A stretch of DNA of 20,697 bases from positions 1 to 20,697 of IMG/VR virus record IMGVR_UViG_3300017914_002709; one strand, written 5' to 3'. Positions 16,122 to 20,697 of the stretch are shown here, in pieces. Positions within the stretch are counted from its first letter, which is position 1; every line of letters starts with the position of its first letter. A program made the position numbers and the translations under genes. The notes beneath the pieces are model-generated. The model was not told the DNA's origin. It did not search any database and saw nothing but the letters and a program-made list of their open reading frames with translations. Source of the DNA: a virus.

Positions 16122-18175
16122 GTGATAATAATTTTGTTGATCCAGATCAAATATATCCGTTTGTGCATCCAGACGAACTTGAAGTTGTTTTAGGCGGTAT
16201 TGCAGGAGACGATCCTTACAAGATTTATACTTTTGACACATTGGAAACATTAGCGGATTATGAGGACAATTACAAATTTCCATTCAGCGACGACGAAGGA
16301 AATAATCCTGCTCCTGGATGGAGTTTTTTAGTTAGGATTAATGAAACCTACGAAGGACAAGCTGGTAGACTTATTTTATGGTATGCTGTAGATTATGATC
16401 CTCCGATTGAAAACAATGATAAAAATCGCAATCTATCAAAATATTTGGAAATTCCTATTCAAAATGGTTATGCTGATAACGACGGAGATGGAACAAATGA
16501 TTCATATGTAGATGGAGGATTATTTGGTGATTACCAAATTACTCCTAACACTGTGCCATCAGCAACACTATCATTAGACGGGCAAACAAGAGAAGCAACA
16601 CCTCCGCCTACCAGTGAAGAATCTCCTAGCACAAAAGAAACAAGTGTAGAAGCAGCAGCAAAAAAATCAGCAGGTCCTGCAAAAACAGAAACCGACGCTA
16701 CACAAAGTGATGTTGAAGAAAAAATAGATCCTGCAAATGCACTCCCTAGTGGAGCAGAAAAAACCACTAGAGACACTGCATTAGCTGACCCTGCAATTGA
16801 CACTGCTATTAGAACTGCACCTGAATCTGACAGCACAGAAGCCGCAGCACTAGCAGATGAATATGCAGGCCTGCAAACAGAATTATCAGGAACGCCTACA
16901 CTAGCACGTACAAATGAAATTGTCACTAGAATGGATGCAATTGCAAACGAATTGCCTCCTAGTGCAAGTTCTGCAAAAACCGCAATACAAAACGCAATTG
17001 AAACCACAAAAAATCCTGGCAATATTGCTGGACTTGAAAGCGTAATTGGACAAGCTACACAGATTGCAGGAGATTTTATACCTGGAGCAAGTAGTGCAAT
17101 TGGAGACATTACAAATGAATTAGATTTTGCCAGTGGATTAAATCTAAGTAGTCTTAGTAACCTAGCACAAAGTGTTACCAGCAGTTTAAAAAGTACAAGC
17201 GGTTTACTTGGCGGTGGTAGTTTATTAAACAACTTGCCTGACATAAACAGTTTATTCCAATTTGATCCTAAAGCATTATTCAAAAGCATTGACTTAGGTG
17301 AAGTTGTAAATAGTCTTGCAAAAGTAGATACAGCAGCAATTGCAAATGATTTACAAGGCGGTGTGATGGATGTCGTTGACCAAACGGCTGCAATATATGG
17401 ACCAATAGGAAGAAACATAGTCGGAAGAAGCAATATTGGTACAGATGCCGGTGCAGGATATCTTGGATCACGTAGTTCAAGTAGTGGCGCAGCAGTTAAT
17501 CAAATAAAAACTGAAAAACCAGTTGATACAGAAAATGCAATTGCATCAGGAAATGTATATACAGATTTGTTAGAACTATTGAACAAATCTCTTAAACAAG
17601 ATTGGGCTGCAAAGTCTGGAAGTAATGCAGGACAAAAACCCAGCAGTCGAGATCCACGTCCGTATGATAGAATTGCAGCACCTCCTCCGGGAGCAAATCC
17701 ACTGATTATGGAAGCATATAGAATAAGTGGGCAAAATGGATTTACTAGAGATGGAATCACTGGTGAGTATAGTTGGCATACTGCTTTTGTAAATTATATA
17801 CTATCTAAAGCAGGACTGCCTATTGTAGCAAGTATGAGTGCGCAATCTTATTACTCATATGGACAAAGAGTAAATCACACAAATGTTCGCAACTTGCAAG
17901 CTGAAAAAGGCGATCTTGTAATATTCAATAGTAGAACAGGTGGTAAGTATATAGGTTTCTTTTGGGAGTATGATGCAAAAACTAGAAAAGTTACAATACT
18001 AGGTGGCAACATTGATGGTAAAGTAAAATTAGAACAGTTTCCATATACTCTTAAAAATGGAGATTTGTATGTAACTCATATACGTAGAAATTGGAAAATA
18101 CCTGCTAAGAAACCAAATACAAGCACAAGTACAACAACTACAACAGCTGGTGTGTTTAAAACTGGCCCGCAATAA
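16118..18175 (+). CDS. Tail-associated protein with C-terminal TIGR02594/CHAP-like domain (catalytic residues altered)
   Basis: NPLIMEAY..SWHTAFVNYIL.KAG..SA.SY..YG..GDLVIF..KYIGFF..ILGGN matches the TIGR02594 layout; acidic N-terminus and Ala/Ser/Thr linker. Confidence 0.65.
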   Translation: MSDNNFVDPDQIYPFVHPDELEVVLGGIAGDDPYKIYTFDTLETLADYEDNYKFPFSDDEGNNPAPGWSFLVRINETYEGQAGRLILWYAVDYDPPIENNDKNRNLSKYLEIPIQNGYADNDGDGTNDSYVDGGLFGDYQITPNTVPSATLSLDGQTREATPPPTSEESPSTKETSVEAAAKKSAGPAKTETDATQSDVEEKIDPANALPSGAEKTTRDTALADPAIDTAIRTAPESDSTEAAALADEYAGLQTELSGTPTLARTNEIVTRMDAIANELPPSASSAKTAIQNAIETTKNPGNIAGLESVIGQATQIAGDFIPGASSAIGDITNELDFASGLNLSSLSNLAQSVTSSLKSTSGLLGGGSLLNNLPDINSLFQFDPKALFKSIDLGEVVNSLAKVDTAAIANDLQGGVMDVVDQTAAIYGPIGRNIVGRSNIGTDAGAGYLGSRSSSSGAAVNQIKTEKPVDTENAIASGNVYTDLLELLNKSLKQDWAAKSGSNAGQKPSSRDPRPYDRIAAPPPGANPLIMEAYRISGQNGFTRDGITGEYSWHTAFVNYILSKAGLPIVASMSAQSYYSYGQRVNHTNVRNLQAEKGDLVIFNSRTGGKYIGFFWEYDAKTRKVTILGGNIDGKVKLEQFPYTLKNGDLYVTHIRRNWKIPAKKPNTSTSTTTTTAGVFKTGPQ

Positions 18176-18180
18176 CAAGG

Positions 18181-18186
18181 TAAATA
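18181..18186 (+). promoter_or_regulatory. Late promoter box TAAATA 4 nt before the gp25 ATG
   Basis: GGTAAATAcgatATG. Confidence 0.55.
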
Positions 18187-18190
18187 CGAT

Positions 18191-18634
18191 ATGAGCACAT
18201 TAGAAAAAAATCTTTACAAAAACTTGAAAATTAGTTCTCCAAGATCTAATGCTCAGCCTATTATTGATAAAAGTTACAAAGGTATTAGTACAATTGATCC
18301 TAATACTAAAAGTTTCAAATTACGCAATATTGATCTCATCAAACAAGATTTGGTAAATCACTTTCATATTCGCATGGGTGAAAAATTAGAAAATCCTGAA
18401 TTTGGCACAATTATTTGGGATGTGCTGTTTGAACCACTCACAGACAGTTTGATTGAAGCAATTACACAAAATGTTAATACTATTGTGAATTATGATCCTA
18501 GGATTCAAGCTGATGATATTGTTGTAGATACTTACGAAAATGGCATACAAATATACTGTACACTTACCTATTTAGAGTACAATATCAGTGAACAACTGCG
18601 TTTTAATTTTGATAGAGAAAACGGTTTAATTTAA
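18191..18634 (+). CDS. gp25: Baseplate wedge protein gp25
   Basis: LIKQDLVNHFHIRMGEKLENPEFGTIIWDVLFEP...YDPR (GPW/gp25 signature). Confidence 0.9.
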   Translation: MSTLEKNLYKNLKISSPRSNAQPIIDKSYKGISTIDPNTKSFKLRNIDLIKQDLVNHFHIRMGEKLENPEFGTIIWDVLFEPLTDSLIEAITQNVNTIVNYDPRIQADDIVVDTYENGIQIYCTLTYLEYNISEQLRFNFDRENGLI

Positions 18635-18638
18635 AACA

Positions 18639-18662
18639 CGCACTTTATTTTTTTCATAAATA
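18639..18662 (+). promoter_or_regulatory. Late promoter (CGCAC-N13-TAAATA) for gp6
   Basis: CATAAATA 18655-18662; SD GAGG 18674-18677; ATG 18686. Confidence 0.7.
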
Positions 18663-18685
18663 TTACAATAGTAGAGGAAGTGCGA

Positions 18686-20697
18686 ATGTCTGCAACAGAT
18701 AGACAAAATAAACTATTGTTAGCTGAAGATTGGCAAACAATATACCAAAGTTTCAAGTACGCTGATTTCAAAAGTTACGACTTTGATACATTGCGTAGAA
18801 CAATGATCAATTATATCAGGTTAAACTATCCTGAAGATTTCAACGACTACATCGAAAGCAGTGAATATCTTGCATTGATTGATTTGATTGCCTTTTTAGG
18901 ACAAAACATCAGTTTCCGCACAGACCTTAATGCAAGAGAAAACTATATTGAATTAGCAGAGCGCAGAGAAAGTGTGCTGAGATTGGCTAGACTTATCAGC
19001 TACAATCCAACACGAGTACAGCCTGCAAACGGACTTCTCAAAGTAAACAGTGTACAAACCAGTGAAAATATATTTGACAGCAATGGTGTAAACTTATCAA
19101 ATAGAAATGTACGTTGGAATGATAGCACAAACAGCAATTGGTATGAGCAATTTCTTAAAATTTTAAACAGTGCTCTTACAACAGGTAATCAATTTGGTAA
19201 TCCACGTAAAAGTGATTTGATTGGCGGTATACAAACTGAAAAATACAAAATCAACAATGTAGAATCTGTATTTCCTGTTTTTGGATTCTCAAAGCAAGTA
19301 AATGGCAAGGGATTAGAATTTGAAATTGTTAGCACAGACATTAATGATGGTGCTATTGTAGAAGAAGCACCTGCATTAGGTAATCAAGTTGGTATTTTGT
19401 ATAGAGACAACGGACAAGGTGCTGGCAGTAGCAATACTGGTTTCTTCATGCATTTCCGTCAAGGTACTTTGCAAAAAGCAGAATTTACTGTGAGCCTTCC
19501 TGTGCCCAATGAAAAAATTGATATTGATTCTCCTAACATCAACAATCAAGACATATGGTTATATGGATTAGACAGCAACGGTACACAGGTTGAATCATGG
19601 ACCAAAGTAGATGCTGTAGAAGGCAATAATGTAATTTACAACAGTGTTTCTAAAAACATTAGAAAGATTTTCAGTGTTCAAACTAGAGCATCTGACAGAG
19701 TAAGTTTAATTTTCAGTGACGGTGTGTTTGGTGAATTGCCAAAAGGCGACTTTAGAGCTTTTTATAGAATCAGTGAAAATGCTGATTATACTATTGCACC
19801 AAATGAGATTAGAAATGTAAAAGTGAATATTCCTTATGTAGGTGCACGAGGCACCACTGAAAATATCACTATACAAATGTCTTTGAAACAACCTGTAAGC
19901 AATGCAGCAAGCAGCGAAAGCACAGACAGTATAAAAACAAATGCACCAAGCACTTATTACACACAAAACAGACTTATCACAGGCGAAGATTACAATGTAG
20001 GACCTTTGGGTATAAGTCAAGATATTATCAAAACAAAAAGTGTAAACAGAACCAGCAGCGGTATCAACAGATATTATGATTTGAGAGATACCACAGGAAA
20101 ATACAGCACAACCAATCTATTTGGTACCGACGGAGTATTATACAAAGAATACTATGATGATGTTTACACATTTGATTTTACAACTCGTACAGATATTGAA
20201 GCAATAGTAGATAATTTAATTACAAGTATTATTGATGACAATAACACAAGAAATTATTACAGTGATAAATTTTTAAATCAAGATTATTCAGATTTAAATT
20301 TAGCATGGTCACAAGCAACCAGTGCAACTAATCAAAGTACAGGATACTTTTTAGATGAATCAAGCATTGGTGATGCTGACCCAACATATTACACAGTGGG
20401 ATCATTTACACAAGGACCTTTGCGTTTCCTTGAAGTAGGTGCAATGGTAAAATTTACTGCTCCTAGTGGAAAGCATTTTATGCCTGATGGTACGTTAATG
20501 AATGGTGCAGCCGATCACAAAGGTGCAACAACATACAAATGGACAAAAGTTGTTAGCATATTTGGCGATGGAACAGAAGAAAACAACAGCTCTGGTTCAA
20601 TTATGTTTAATGACGTAATCCCAACTGGTGCCATTTTAGACAGTGTAAAATTAAAATACACAAGAGACATATTAAACAGTGTTAAGGTTGATATTGT
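18686..20697 (+). CDS. gp6: Baseplate wedge protein gp6, 3' end runs off the window
   Basis: Not in the track (no stop). MSATDRQNKLLLAEDWQ...YDFDTLRRTMINYIR..YPEDFNDYIESSE..LID..AFLGQ..FR.DLNARENYIELAERRESVLRLA..ISYNP, later FSDGVFGELP and NRLITGEDY. Confidence 0.9.
   Translation, partial: MSATDRQNKLLLAEDWQTIYQSFKYADFKSYDFDTLRRTMINYIRLNYPEDFNDYIESSEYLALIDLIAFLGQNISFRTDLNARENYIELAERRESVLRLARLISYNPTRVQPANGLLKVNSVQTSENIFDSNGVNLSNRNVRWNDSTNSNWYEQFLKILNSALTTGNQFGNPRKSDLIGGIQTEKYKINNVESVFPVFGFSKQVNGKGLEFEIVSTDINDGAIVEEAPALGNQVGILYRDNGQGAGSSNTGFFMHFRQGTLQKAEFTVSLPVPNEKIDIDSPNINNQDIWLYGLDSNGTQVESWTKVDAVEGNNVIYNSVSKNIRKIFSVQTRASDRVSLIFSDGVFGELPKGDFRAFYRISENADYTIAPNEIRNVKVNIPYVGARGTTENITIQMSLKQPVSNAASSESTDSIKTNAPSTYYTQNRLITGEDYNVGPLGISQDIIKTKSVNRTSSGINRYYDLRDTTGKYSTTNLFGTDGVLYKEYYDDVYTFDFTTRTDIEAIVDNLITSIIDDNNTRNYYSDKFLNQDYSDLNLAWSQATSATNQSTGYFLDESSIGDADPTYYTVGSFTQGPLRFLEVGAMVKFTAPSGKHFMPDGTLMNGAADHKGATTYKWTKVVSIFGDGTEENNSSGSIMFNDVIPTGAILDSVKLKYTRDILNSVKVDI

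Noticed and set aside
16531-17433. 300-aa minus-strand ORF
   Set aside because: Antisense to a low-complexity Ala/Ser/Thr region; typical stop-poor shadow frame.

Overview
AT-rich segment of a large T4-like (Tevenvirinae-style) myophage genome. A tail/baseplate module (partial tape-measure-like gene, gp26-like and gp51-like chaperone ORFs, tube-initiator, gp53/LysM-like, hub, a 1329-aa gp5 spike, a TIGR02594/CHAP-like protein, gp25, partial gp6) is interrupted by a minus-strand block: gp55 late sigma, gp47, gp46, an Hc1-like protein, a stand-alone GIY-YIG nuclease, a small ORF, a ~530-nt non-coding stretch and a probable internal virion protein. Main observations: (1) the non-coding stretch folds on the minus strand into a ~437-nt RNA closed by a perfect 10-bp terminal helix, with a GNRA hairpin and a 7-bp pseudoknot. 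I cannot assign it to any family, and it lies just downstream of the GIY-YIG gene, so it is a candidate nuclease+ncRNA system or an RNA-primed origin. (2) A strong -1 frameshift signal (slippery heptamer plus 11-bp stem) would fuse the gp26-like and gp51-like ORFs. (3) A recurring intergenic CGCAC/GCACTTTA motif sits 13-14 nt upstream of late-promoter boxes. (4) Two tail enzyme domains have substituted catalytic residues. All protein calls come from motif recognition by eye; no searches were run.
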